From assembly GCA_977016875.1 (NCBI GenBank), contig CDRNST010000257.1, forward strand, positions 186,001-250,000: DNA of 64,000 bases, in the 5' to 3' direction. A program made the translations under genes and the position numbers. Below, in pieces: positions 1-13,120 of the stretch. Under the pieces are notes generated by a model that was not told the origin of the DNA, made no database searches, and saw only the letters and a program-made list of their open reading frames with translations. This DNA is from Pavona decussata (lineage: Eukaryota). How positions within the stretch are numbered: the first letter of the stretch is position 1; every line of letters starts with the position of its first letter.

Positions 1-847
1 ATGGCGCACGAGGACTTGTAAAGGTATGTTGCAAAATCGATCCATTGTTATCCGTGAATAAATAGACCGTCTGCCTAACTCTTGCACGGTTAGCAAGTAT
101 AAGCGACCTTAGAATTCCCTTGTTAATATATTTTTATTGAAACAACAATGAAAGCACTAAACGGGTCGTCTTTCGTTTTTGATCATCGAACCTTTCTCTG
201 AACTGTCTCTGTAGTGATGAAATTGCCCCGGGCTAGCTTTAAGGCGCTATGTTATGGTGATTTTTTATGTTTATGCCAATTACCCTCAAATACTATTGCT
301 CATAACCAAACATCCCTAAAACACCAAAGAAAGATATCAAGCTATTTTGTCAAAGGGGAAGCAATCCATTATCTCTATTTGGCTATTTTTGACACTGTTT
401 TTCTACACTCAGGTCTATAAATGATTAGCGGCGATATACCGCTGTACTTGGTCAGTTTTTCCCCTCTTTCATAACCAATCCTGCATGACTGAACCTAGCA
501 GGGGACAGAGCCTTATCTGGCATAGCTCCTGGGATCATAGAGACGTGTAAGCTTTCATCACCATGACAAGGTGACCAGCCAGGGTGAACCTTCGATACAT
601 GGGCAGTAATTTTTGATTATCAGTAGGTTACCATTTCAAAAATAGAATCCATCACCTCTATTTTTTTTTTGTAATTGATGTATGGAATTTTTAATATTTT
701 AATATGGTTTACGATGTCAATTTCAATATATTGTAGTTCTTTCTTTTTTTATAGCTAGATTTAAAATAGGCTATTTAGTTAGGTGTCCACTGTTAGTAGA
801 GGGGACTCATCCCCTCAGCTACATTCCTTTTGTGACACAATAATAAA

Positions 848-848
<1 letters not shown>

Positions 849-893
<45 letters not shown>
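849..893. repeat. (TTA)n microsatellite, about 15 units
   Basis: Perfect TTA run read directly from the sequence. Confidence 0.97.
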
Positions 894-895
<2 letters not shown>

Positions 896-1912
896 TTCAT
901 TGTCAGAACTAGTTGTGGAAATTTTGCAGTGTCTCCCAAAAATCGGTGTTTAAGTTTATTAAATAAGATCCAGTTGTTTAATGATCCACTGTGCATTTGA
1001 AGAACTAGAGGTAAAACTTAAATAGATGTTCAGTCTAATACTGTTGCAAAGCAGTAATATGTTTAGGGTAGGACATTATTTTATTAAAGCAATGTTGTGT
1101 ACAAATGACATTACCAGATAAATTGTAATGAGAAATCATACTTCATGGCTTCACCAAAATATTGTACAAGGCTGTGCTCTTTAAAAGAACTTGAGAATCA
1201 TAACAGCCTAAAGGCCCCCTTCCATGAAATCTGAGGTGCCCAGGTGTTATTGGTACAATGTAGTTTTTTTTCTTTCTATTTAAGACACCGTCTCTTTGAA
1301 ATTTCCAGGCCCCACCTCCATAAAAAATAAATTACCCCAGGACCTCCCTTTTTGTAGTGGCTAAAATTTCAAGCCGCCTATTTTCTTACCCACCACTCCC
1401 CCTCCACTGCCCCCCCCTCCCTCCGATAAATAATGAACGGTCCCTTAATATTATTGGTCAAATAGTTTTAAACAAAACTATACCGCTATGTTTATTTTAT
1501 TTTTATTTTTGTTTATTTCGTTCTTTGTTTTCTTTTCATCTTGCTTCCAATATACTTTCCAGTATTTCAAAGTAATTGACAAAGCTTTTTTAGGGAGGGG
1601 TGCTAATATGAAAGGGGAACTTACCATAAACAGGATGCTCATCTGCTTTTCAACTTAAACATTGAATGGTGAATAAGAAAGCCAGAAAAGCATTGTTTTT
1701 TCTTACTCGTGGGGAATTTTGATCATGGCACAATGGAGAATGGGATTGGGTCAAAAATGTCAGGTGTAGATGTAATTAAACATCTGCTAAGGCCACAATT
1801 CCTATAAGCAAACCGTTATAAGTAAATATACATTCTCGAGCTAAACATTTTGAGCTAAATTCTATTCCTTAACCATTCTAGATGACAGGTTAACTGAAAC
1901 AGTGGAACCAAG

Positions 1913-4900
1913 ATGGACAAATTCAGTGTTGATGCACGACTACGTACTTTAAAGACTGCAGAAAAGGCAGCACTGCGTCGAGGAGATTATGAAGCAGCTA
2001 AAAGGGTAAGGAAATATTCAACTAGAAAAACTGACACATAAAACGACTTCAGAGGAAATATTTGTTAGTATCAAGCATTCAGTCGCACGAGCTAAAAAAA
2101 ATATAAGTCTTTCATTTTTCGCTCACAGCTAGCCATCAGTAAGAAAAGAAACCTGATGTAGTTCGTTTCCAATTGAAGTACATTAATTTGAAGAAAACCG
2201 GACGAATAGAATTTCGTCTTTACAGTGGCCACGTACTACTCAGCATCCTCTTATTTTATTGTATCTTGATAACTCACGGCTCCATTGCTTTAGGGCTGTT
2301 TGAAGTTTGAAATTCGGTCCTATAAACTCAGTTGCATTACGCTCAGCAAACTAAAGCGCACAAGAACAAAATAAGCACTATCTATAAGCCTCGACTAAAG
2401 GGTAGTAGCTAAATCAAACAAACATGAACAGTTTAAAAATAAAAGTAAGGTTTCAATGATAAGAGACATTATGACATTGTTCAGCACGTGCAATAAGCCC
2501 AAACAATCTTAGTTCTTGTAAAACCGGGTTATCATTAGCAATGTAAGCGCAAGCGAAGGCACAAGTGGAAGTTCAAGAGCGCTTATTTCACAGTGCAAAC
2601 AGGCTTGATGCAAGCATAAGAGCAAGTACAAAGGTCAAAATTTTCCTTTTTCTTTGTGCTTGCGCTTATGCTTCCGTTAGCCTACGTTTTGTGAAAACAG
2701 AACATTGCGTGGGCACAACGTAAGCTCTTTTGCTCGTCCAGTGAACGACACCCGTCCCAGATTCCTCCTAGTTTTACCGTTATCACTCAGAAAGAGTATG
2801 GAACTATTGAATCCTTAGTCCCTATTTACTGGCTTGTGCTTCTTACACAGTTTGTTCAGTTTCACTTGACATGCATGTCTTATGCTTGCGCTTGTGCTTG
2901 CATCGCTAGCGAAAACCAGATTTAAATCATAATCGAAGACTGACTTCAAACATGCCTTGGGACTGGCTTGGGGTGGTCCCTGGTTGATCGTTTTTATTAT
3001 CTTTCATGAACTGTGTTTTTACAAAATTTGATATTTTGATAGCTGTGAAGGAGTTTGGAAGTTGGACATTTGCTGCACACAACTCAAAAGTGTTCACATT
3101 TCTTTGTTGGGCTGGTGAATTATGTCTATTTCTTGAACTTTTTTCAGGATCTTTTTTGGTCAATTTTGTTTTTCATGATATAGTTACTGCATAAGACCGT
3201 ACCAAAAGAAAAGAAACAGAAAAGAAGAAAAAAGGGAAAACAAGAGAAAAACAACCAAATAAATTTGGGGTGAATAGTTATATTAAAGTAAATACTCCAC
3301 AGTGGGGAGTAAATTTTGGGTGGAATTTAGGTTTCTAGTCTCAGTCATTTTTGTTGACAGTTGATACAGCAATATTCAGTCATTTAATAATGAGGGTGGC
3401 AGTTCAGTGAGAGGAGTTATTTAGCCAGGGGTTTCTCTCTAAGCACTGGTATCTCTCTTGTGCGCATCTCAGCTAAATCGAACCCAAATATTCCTCAAGC
3501 GATCGCTGCATTAGTCATGTTTTATCAATTAAAAATAGAAATCAAAAATAACATTGAAGTATTGTTATTGTTGTTGTTCTTTAGCGCAGAGAAAGAGCAT
3601 TTAATTTGAGGTGGCAGTGGACAAGAGCACAGTCTCATATATATTCGTCGTTTGAGGTTTCTGATAGCGAGGAACCTGCAGAGTTACAAATAAGTACTGA
3701 TGCCGTGGATGTTTTCAGCGAGACGCACGAGGATGAGACAGTACGAAAAATAGAAGTAGTTGACCAAAGAGAAGACCTTCAGGGCACCTCCGTTTATGAT
3801 GACAAGAAAGCATCAAAAAACAGCCAGCAAAAAGAGCACAAGAAAATGGAAGGTGAGAGATGCGGTGACAAGGAAAAGGATGTTAATGTTAGCAAAGGTG
3901 AAGGTCATAGTGGACAGCAAATCATGAGTGATGACGACGTGCGTGAGGGTGCGGCTATTTCTAGCGATACAGACGATGATGAGAAACTAAGATGTACAGA
4001 AGGGATCGATGATGGAGATGAAGTGCAAATTAACTCCGAGCGTGGTGAGAATAAAAGGTTCATGAACAAGCATCTAAGAGAGCAAGAGGAATCCGAAGGC
4101 GAAGGATGCAGTGACAAGAGCAGCGATGCTGATGGTAGAGAAGACGAAGGTCAAGGTGAAACATCTGATGGAAAACGAAGGAAGAAAAGGTGCCCCTTAT
4201 CGCATTGTAACAGTTTGGTTCGTCATCTCCCAAGGCATATGAGGGACGTACACAACTGGTCCAGAGAATACGCGAGAACATCTGCATCTAGACTCAAGCT
4301 ACGAAAGCAATATACTTTTTCAAGTCAAGAAACTGCTTCTGCTGGAAACAGGAAACTACGAAGAATTAAAAACAATTCCGATGCCAAAAGCAAGAAGAAG
4401 CCATGTCGGAGGACAAAAATCTGCCCTATTCCAGGCTGTTCCACGGTGACGGAGAGACTTCCTCAGCACCTGCACCAAGTACATAAGTTAAGCAGTGACG
4501 ATGCAAAGTACAAGAAGTATATATCTGTCGCAAAGGTTATATCTGCGAAGAAGCCCCACATCTTTCTTCGCATCAAAGCAGAAAGAGCCGAGAATGTTGG
4601 TGGTCTTTCATCATTTGAGTCAGCATCAACTCAACAGGACCTAGAAGATGACCCTGACCAATCCTTCGCCAGTGATCATTCTGCTTTTGACACCGGAGAA
4701 CCTGTTGCATCTGGTAGCAACAATAGCCCTGACGAGCCCCCAGCTGAAGTACAGCAGACGTTTGAACAATTTGACGACTGGCTGCTTTCCCCAGACTGCG
4801 AGACGAAAGACGAAAAAACTGCCAAACAACACGTGGCCCAAGTGAAAAAGGTTTTGTCCGTAATAGGTGGAGGTACGTGTCTTCAGTCATTAGTTGACAC

Positions 4901-6523
4901 GAAAAAGATTCGAGACGTTTTCCTTCGTCGGTATGCAGAAGTAAAATACCTTCCTGCAACGATCAAGTCCTATCTCATGAGCTTGCAGCATTACTGTTCA
5001 TTTTTGTTAGCGGAAAAACCGGCGAGTGGAGGTACATTTGAAAGAGACGACGTCATCTGCCTACGAGAAAAACTAAGGAACTGGTCTGCCTCATACAAGC
5101 GTGACACAACAAGACGCAGGTGGGAGAAGATGGAAGAGGATCTCAGTACCCTCATTACACCAGACAAAATCAATGCGTTTGATAGAAGCCAGGCAGTACG
5201 AGACGCCATAATCCTTCTAGGCAAGCTCAGCGGACCTCACAATATTGAGCTTACCCAAGCACAATATACTCTCGTTAGAGATTACTTAATCGCCCAGATC
5301 ATGATTGATAATGCGAACAGAGCGGGAGTCGTTGTATATATGACCATCCAGGAGTTTAAGAGGGCTAGACGTGAAGGTGACAGGCATGTAGTCCGTGTTT
5401 TAAAGCACAAAACTGATTACGCCTATGGACCAGCTCAAATTGTATTGACCAGTCACTTATACAACCATCTCAAAATTTTCGTGAAGGAAATGCGATCACG
5501 ATTGCCTCTCAAAGGACAAGATGACGGTGATGCTAAGCTTTTTCTCTCGTGGGGAGGAAACGAAATGCAGTCAAGCCAGATGTCTAGGGCATTGAGTTCA
5601 ATATTCCAGAAGGCTGGTATCGATGGGCCAATGAGTCACACACTGTACCGTAAAAGCGCCGTCTCTGAGTGCCATCAGAACCGTAAAGACATCAGTGGTA
5701 ATTTAGCTGATCTGATGGCCCATAGGGAGTCTACCGCTGAAAAATACTATGGGGTTTTTGACAAAAGAAGATCATCCGTTAAGGCATCGGAGGTACTGCA
5801 CGGAATCATGCGAAATCCCGAAAAAAGTTATGAAGAGAAGCTGAAAGAAAACGTGGAAGAGCCACTCAAACCTGGTAAAGAAGTTGAGGAAGAATCCCAG
5901 AAAAGTAACGAGCAGAGATCAGAAGAAAAGCTGGAAGAGTTGCCCCAAAACGTTCAAGGAGTGGAAAAAGAAAGTGAAGAAAAGAAGAACGCCATAAGGC
6001 ATCTGTTTAGTGCAGAGATCAATGCACAGAGTATATCTATCGCCTCCGTTGGGGAAAAATACGGTCGGATCCAATTCTGTGCAATGAAGGTGCAAAGAAG
6101 GTATATGACCAAGTACGGGCCCAGTGGCGATATCAACGTAAAGAGAACAATGCAACAATGACGGTAACCCTGCCATTGGAAAAGGAAACAGTTGCTGACC
6201 GTGTTAGCAGAATATTCAACGAATCTAGCGCTTCTCGAAAGCTTGAAGATGGTGATGATTCCTCTGACATCATTTCTCCTACGGAAACTACTGCAAGGTC
6301 AAAGCCAGGCGTGTTCAGTCCCACCCAAGTCCAATGTTTGCTGCATCTGTTCAAAGATATGATCAATGGGGCCCCTGTCTCAAAGCCGGTTATAATACAA
6401 AGATTAAGAAACGACAGCCAGGCTAAGGAAATGCAAAGCGACTTTACAGTTGAACAGGTGGTGAATCGACTGAAGTATGAACGAAAGCAGAAAAGAGAAA
6501 AAGTGCGACAAAAATCACATTAA
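1913..6523 (+). CDS. Spliced tyrosine recombinase (Crypton-like) with two C2H2-like zinc fingers; one frameshift at ~6055-6059
   Basis: Exon 1913-2005 (aagATGG start, MDKFSVDARL..., AGG|gtaag) joins in phase 0 to an exon starting at 3585 (ttctttag|CGC), in frame with ORF 3606-6161. Recombinase motifs: NANRAG (R), KHKT (K), HTLYRK (H..R), MAH (H), EKYY (Y). Fingers: CPLSHC..HMRDVH and CPIPGC..HLHQVH. Adding one A in GAAAAA at ~6058 reads through into ORF 6158-6523. Confidence 0.85.
2521..2923. mobile_element. Non-autonomous TIR element (Harbinger-like MITE) in the recombinase intron
   Basis: Imperfect terminal inverted repeats (aaaccgggttatcattagcaatgtaagcgcaagc / gcttgtgcttgcatcgctagcgaaaaccagattt) and internal GCACAAG/CTTGTGC repeats. 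Confidence 0.6.
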
Positions 6524-6879
6524 GCTCAACGAAAAGAGACTCCTGAAGTCAATACATCTACCAAGGAACAATAGCCTCCTAGCGTGTTTTTGTTCAACTG
6601 TCCTGATAACACAGTGTACAGTCCAACTAAGCCTTAGGTTCTTTCACTGATTGAATTTAAAAAATGCAATGAGAACCGGTCAGGTACATTTTAGGCCCAA
6701 ATTGCCAAGAAAGACTTCGTCCTAGTTCACGAAAGGTTCCAATAAAGGCGTAAAAGTTAAATAAATAATCGTTAACAGTTTTAATGCCAGAAAGGCATCC
6801 GCTCGTTTAACAGTTCGGGGTTGCTGTGTTTAGTGCCAGGATTCTCCTCTCGCTGTTGTTTAATGGCGATATGGCTTTT

Positions 6880-7086
6880 AAAATAGGAAACACTGTTAGG
6901 TCGGAAATTTTTGCCAGCTAGCTCCGTGAGAGACATTTGTTACGGATACAAATCGTGCTTCGTAAATGTTAGGATTTTTGTTCCATAGAGCCGAAAATGT
7001 TCTAGCTTTCGAAAGGTCATTTGTCTGTTAGCTATCGAGAAAATTGTTAGGGGAGTCATGCTTCCTAAACAGTGTTTCCTGATTTA
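6880..7086. mobile_element. Small MITE
   Basis: Inverted repeat aggaaacactgttagg / cctaaacagtgtttcct about 200 bp apart. Confidence 0.55.
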
Positions 7087-8496
7087 GTCTCAGTTGTTAT
7101 TGATATTATATATGATACTCAACATTTTCACATTAAAGTCATTTTATTTTGAAATTCTCTACATATCAGAAAAAGGGAGAACATCACGGCCTGTAGGAAA
7201 AGCGCCGATGGAGCGATCATTTGAACGCATGCCAGGTCAAATATATTACTCTTAATACAGGATACTGAAAGAGAAAAACCCGCGCGTTACAGGACAGGGT
7301 ACATAATATACAGGTTCTGGTTTCGTTGTTACAAATAGTTTTCGAACAAAACATATTGCATTTTTAATTTGCGTTATGGAAGTACTGTGCTATTCAACTA
7401 TTCCGCATATAAGAGTTCTAGGTTAGAGTTTAATATCTTTTACATGTCATTAAACGTTGCTGTTCAAAAAATTGCTAGCGTTTGGTGGCTCTCTCTCTCC
7501 GCTCTCTTTACATAGTTCTACAAGGGGCAATTTCTGCAACAAGATGGAACACAACGATGAAAGATGCACCACAAAACAATTTCCCGAGTAAATGCCATGA
7601 AAATGTATCTCGGAACTAAGGAAGTCTGATTTTCTTGTAAATATATTTTATTTTCATTTAGTTTCCTGTGATGTACAAGCATTCTCGTCATCAGCTTTTC
7701 CCGAAATGGTGTTGCGTTGCAAGTGACAACAAGAATGCCTCGTGTTCACAACAACACCTGCATGTAGTTCTTACGGGAGTGGTCAAGAATACAATTTTCC
7801 TCCACCAGAATGCTGTCTAAAAGTGAAATATTGTTTGAAGTCGTCATCAGTAACACTTGAGTACTTTCCTTCTAATTTGTATAACGCATCCGTATAATAC
7901 GCCCCTTATGTTTGAAAAGATCACGAAAGTTTTTAGCTTGTAACACGCCGGTTTCGATGTGTCTCATATCTTCGTCAGTTACAAAATTATTTGAGAAAAC
8001 TGTTTGAATTTATAACAACCTCGATAAACATGCATACATTAACTATGATAACAAATAAATAGAGAAAGGAAAACAGATGAAACAAAGCTTAAAATGTAGG
8101 TGTAAGGTTGACGTGGTTAACTTGTTCACTGAGAATGGCTTTTTCTCTGTCGCGCGCGTTGTCTAACTTTGGAGCAAAGGTTTTTCTTTTTTAGGTATTT
8201 CTTGCATTTCGCAAGGTAGTTTGAAATTGAAATTATAAGACCAATATGTTAGTCCCATTTGTTATAAAGAATTCGACCAAGAACTGACAATGATTAGACT
8301 ATTGCTTTCGGGATGATTGTTTATCGCTTGCTTGATAACTGAAACGAGGCGCTGAATAGATTTTTTGACGCTGGTATGATGTATCATGAATGGAATGCTT
8401 GCTTGATATCGTTTCCTTCTGGTAGCCTTAAGAATGCAGCTGTATAAAAATCAACCATAAAGCGTGATTAAGAATGTTACAAGAACGACACCAAGT

Positions 8497-8689
8497 TACA
8501 AAATTGCCACCTGAAAAAGTGACAAAAGTGCCACTAGTGTGAAAAGTGCCACTAATGGCAAAAGTGCCACCTTTAAGAGTTACAAAAGTGCCACTAGTGG
8601 CAAAAGTGCCACCTGTTAAAGTTACCAAAGTGCCACAAAGTTTCAAAAGTGCCACTTCACGTTACAAGAGTGCCACTTTCATGTTACAA
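8497..8689. repeat. Minisatellite with AAAAGTGCCAC core (variable ~18-24 bp units) running into the gap
   Basis: About nine copies of (ca)aaagtgccac; truncated by the N-run. Confidence 0.9.
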
Positions 8690-8832
8690 NNNNNNNNNNN
8701 NNNNNNNNNNNNNNNNNNNNNNNNNNNNNNNNNNNNNNNNNNNNNNNNNNNNNNNNNNNNNNNNNNNNNNNNNNNNNNNNNNNNNNNNNNNNNNNNNNNN
8801 NNNNNNNNNNNNNNNNNNNNNNNNNNNNNNNN
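8690..8832. other. Assembly gap (N-run)
   Basis: Run of n characters. Confidence 1.
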
Positions 8833-10734
8833 TTACTATCCGATAATTCCTTCATTCACTTGACAACTATTATACAACAAACAATTTATAGAGAAAAATT
8901 TAAAACTGATTAGGATTAAAACAAACTTGGGCTTCTATTATGATGAAATGTAACCCCAATTGAATTTGTAATGCAATTTGTAACAATTTCATCAGCATGC
9001 TAATCAAACAATAACATGAACCCATTGCTGACCACAACTGTATTTCAAAAACAACCATACACAACTTAAAAGCTGAAACAAATACCACTCCTTTAGACTG
9101 TTCACAGTCTCCTATTCTTCTATGCAATTTTCATGTGCAGTACACTTTGACTGAACTTGCAATATATTTCTTGGCTTAGGTGTTTTTGAGCATGCACATT
9201 AATTCTGCAGTATTTGATGACAGTGGAACACAAAAAGACTTGCTGAGAGGTTAAGGCCTCACTTTGTACCTATTTCAACCTGGTAAATACCAGTAAAAAA
9301 GCTGAAAAATCTATCACAGAAAGCTTAAGAAAGAAACGTTTATGTAAAAAAAAAATCCACTAACATACTCCTTGGTTGTATCATGGTAATCTTAGATACA
9401 CAATTGGTTAAAAATCTGATTTGTTTAGTATCATAACTTTGTTTACAGCGTATTTATCTCTCATGAAAGTGGGCAGAGAGTGCAGAAAATTAACAACACT
9501 ATAACACCCTCTCTCTCATCATATTTAAGGGGTCTGTTCAAACTTTAAGACCTTGACTAATAATTATAAATAAACTTTCAGAAATTAAACATGTTAAATT
9601 ACAATTCTAACACCAACAGGCATCAAAATACACTGTAGTACTCAGCTACTTACAAAGTGAATTTCAATAAATATCAAGGAATCACATGCAGTGCAAAACT
9701 TTGTTGACTCCAACAAAAACAGTGAATCTCACAGCAAAACCTGAACTTTCAGACACATGCTGTATTTGTAATCTTTATTTTAAAGAAACCAGTTAACGAT
9801 TTCAGCAAGAAAATGACAACATCATTTGCATACAATTTGTTTGTGATATAAGATATGGGTCGCACTTGGGCAAAATTTTCAACTTTGCAGGCCAAAAAAA
9901 AAAAAAACAAAAAATTTGACACCGCAACCAAAAAGCAAACTTTTGCTTTCAACTATCATGGTCGCAGTAGCTGAAAAAGATATCTCAGTGATGACACTGC
10001 ATAAAATCTTCGGTAAAAATTTTCAGCCTATAATCTTAGCAACATTGCTTCAAAACCATCTGACCAGCGAGTGTAAGCCTGTCTTTCCACAGCAGAAGAC
10101 GACAAACTTGGTCCACTGAGTTCGACGATCTCTTAAGACGACGATACAGAGGAATTCTGCAAGGGGCTCTTAATAGTTCCTTCTTCAAGACTATAATTTT
10201 CGCCTTGAGAATACATATACAGTGTATTGCGAATAGTCTTTGCTCCCACTGAAAAAAAACGAGAAAATGTGATAAATTCTAAGAATTATAAAATCTATGT
10301 CCATTCGTGGTAATAAAAAAACACAAAGTGAAGCAGATCTTGCACGCTGTTTAATTTTATTGCATATAGTTTCTGTTTCCTGTTCAATGACAAATGATGA
10401 CAGTTTTCGCTGTAATTCCTATTGTTAAGCCTGAGTTTTCTGAAATATGCCTGCTACACCCAAGCACTACAACACCTTTGAGATATTTGTTGATTTCCAA
10501 AAATTTTCCAAACCATAAAAGTTAGGGTCGCTCTAGGAAAAGTGTCTCGTTGACAGATTTTAACCACAAAGTAAATAAATTTTCGCTAAACTTTGCTAAG
10601 TGCGACCTATACCAAACAAAGCACTTAAGTTCACAGCATTTGTCTACCCTTTGTTCTAAAAACACTTCGAAGAATTAAAGTGTATCCACAAGATGTCAAA
10701 ACCTAACTTTTAGATTTTTTTTTTTAGAACTTTA

Positions 10735-11567
10735 CCTCACGCCACATATCTTCGATGGGGTTCATGTCTGGGCTTTCCGGGGGAGTTCACCACCAGTTGA
10801 TTTCATTTTCTTCAAAAGAAGGTCTTTGCAGTTTTCGAAGTGTGCTTGGGATCGTTGTCCTGCATGAAGCGGTGGTCTGGCAGTTTTTCACGGATGAAGG
10901 GGAGAACAGTATCCTTCAAAATGCTGCAGTAAAGACCAGCTTCCATTATCCCTTCGAAGACGCAGATTTTGGTAGCACCGTGCCTGCTGATACCAGCCCA
11001 AACGTGAACTTTGAGAGGGTGCTTTGGTTTCGGCTTTCGCTTAGGGGGTTCACCAACCTTTCGGTAGCACGTGCGGCGGAACTGCTGAAGAGAGATGGAA
11101 CATTCATCGCTAAAGATGATGTTGTCGAAGGTATCTTCAGTGGCTATCACTCGCTGCGCAAACTCGAGTCTCTTGGTCTTGTTTACGTCGCAGATCAGCT
11201 GGCAGTACTTTGTGTTTTGAAGAGTCCATCCTTGCTCTTTGCGTGCTCTTCGAACTGTCGATGGATGAACTTCCACGCCACGCTTGAAAAGCTTCTTTTG
11301 GATTTGGCGGCTGGTGGCTTTGTCATTTTTTCGCATCTGTGCCTCGATAAATGCCTTGGCGTATGCGTTCAGCTTTCTTGGCCGACCGGACTTCGGGAGG
11401 TTGTCGACAGCACCGGTAAGTTTGATCTTTTTAACTATTCTCGCAACGCTCTGATAGCTTACGGAAGAACCTTCGTCTCTTAATTTTTTGAATATAGCTA
11501 GCGGCTGCAAGCCATTTTCGTGAAGAGATTGGATTCGCTTTCGAGCGTATGGTGAAACCTTTGGCAT
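10735..11567 (-). pseudogene. Tc1 DD34E transposase with a frameshift at ~10813 and an internal stop
   Basis: GRPRK linker, IIFSDE, VWAGIS, MQDNDPKH; after the frameshift EENEINWW*TPPESPDMNPIE. Exactly 34 residues lie between the second D and the E. Confidence 0.92.
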
Positions 11568-11739
11568 GATTACTGTAAACAGTGTGATTACAAATCACTG
11601 AATATGACATTTATACAAAAACCGTTGCCATGATAACGTCACGATACCATGATGCCTCGCTGTCTCAAATAGAATTGTTTACGTAAACGGTTGATCGAAA
11701 CGAAACGAAAGCCTTTCACTGTACAATGTACTTAGCTTA

Positions 11740-12022
11740 GCCTCGAAAATTCGCTGCACTCTTCGAAACTTCGAAAAAGGCTTCGAAAAATTGAAGCATT
11801 CTTCGAAATTTCGAAACATTTCCTTCGAAATTTCGCAAATCTTCTCGAATTGTCGTCCGAATTTTCGCTGAAACATTCGCATACAATTTCGAAATTTCGA
11901 AAGTACCAAGACAATAGCGCTTTCGAAAATTCGTCGAAAGTTCGGCGATATTTCATTTCGTTAAAAAAATCGCTGATTTTTGTCGAAAAGTGGCGAAATG
12001 CCTCGAAATTCGTCGAAATTCG
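11740..12022. repeat. Palindromic TTCGAA/TTTCGAAA micro-repeat block in the Tc1 5' region
   Basis: Roughly twenty cgaaa/ttcg motifs in 280 bp. Confidence 0.85.
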
Positions 12023-12873
12023 CTCTCATTACTTTTGCACAGTACTGTAAATATCCAAAGTGCACAGTAAAACGTTACAATGCAAGACCTTGTGAGAGTT
12101 TATCAGAGGATTAAAGTGCAAGCACAAAAGTGCTTGCAATGAAAGTGACAATTGGAAACATTACAACCACATTAGCATTGCTTAATCCCCGGCAGAGAAA
12201 CATTAAAAATGTCAGTGCAACAATTCCTTATCTACTTCAAAACAATGTAATCCAGAGACAAAAAATGAATTATTTCTTGAGCAGGAAAACCGCAGCTTAC
12301 CACTGACCAAACATTTCCTAATTGTCAATTGTTCTGAACTAATTCTAGATATCCATGTCAACTAATAGTAAAACAAATTTCCCACTGAAGTTACATTTTG
12401 TACAATGGTGTAATTACTGTTAAAATACCTTTTGTCCTGTAATAAAATTAATGATAGATGGCTGCTTCTTTTTCAGAATTCAAAACTAATCTTACAAGTC
12501 CACAAGTTAAATGATTAAAATGATTGAACCATAATCATTTTTAGAGCTGGCAGTAAAACATGTCTTATTAGATTCAGTTTTCAGTTTTTTTGGCTATTTA
12601 TATCCTTACACATCATTACCAAATAAATATATATTAAAATATAACAGATAAATAAAGTCAACTATTGCCTTGTGCACACCCCACTATTTCACAGAGAAAA
12701 TCTACATTCGTGGTGAAAGCTATAGAGGTTAGCATTACTAAAACTAACTCCCGCAATTACACACTCTAGGTATTATCATGGAATTATGGACACCTTCGTA
12801 ATACAAACATGACACTTTTCTTGTTTTAACTCTTAAAAAAGCGTACACCATGAACTTCGCATGTCACATAAAT

Positions 12874-13120
12874 TGGAGTGTCAACAATATGCGACCCAGC
12901 AAGGCATGTGAGGAATGCAAGGCAGACGTGCGAGGCATGAACAAAACACGCAAGACAAACGAGGCATGAACAACCTCCAATATAAATGCTAACATGTTAT
13001 TAAGGCTAATTGGAGTGTTTTTTAGACTAACAAGAGTGTTTTTTAGGCTAACCTGGGTCCCTCGCACATCTGCCTTTCATTGCTTGCTCGCTCGCTGGCT
13101 CACAGATTGTCAACACCCCA
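12874..13120. mobile_element. Degenerate MITE
   Basis: Imperfect inverted repeat ggagtgtcaacaatatgcgacccagc / gctggctcacagattgtcaacacccc. Confidence 0.45.

Larger units (their letters stand above)
10720..12047 (-). mobile_element. Tc1-family DNA transposon relic; 5' TIR present, 3' end not found
   Basis: The minus strand begins TA|CAGTACTGTGCAAAAGT at 12047, a Tc1-type terminus, followed by a TTTCGAAA-rich subterminal block and the transposase. Confidence 0.85.

Noticed and set aside
8428-8863. ORFs with KVPP/GTF repeats
   Set aside because: Translations of a minisatellite and the N-gap.
10220-10250. TA-CAGTGTATTGCGAATAGT as the 3' TIR of the Tc1 element
   Set aside because: Only weak similarity to CAGTACTGTGCAAAAGT and no subterminal match.
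10755-11483. 242-aa plus-strand ORF
   Set aside because: Antisense shadow of the Tc1 transposase with no recognisable motifs.
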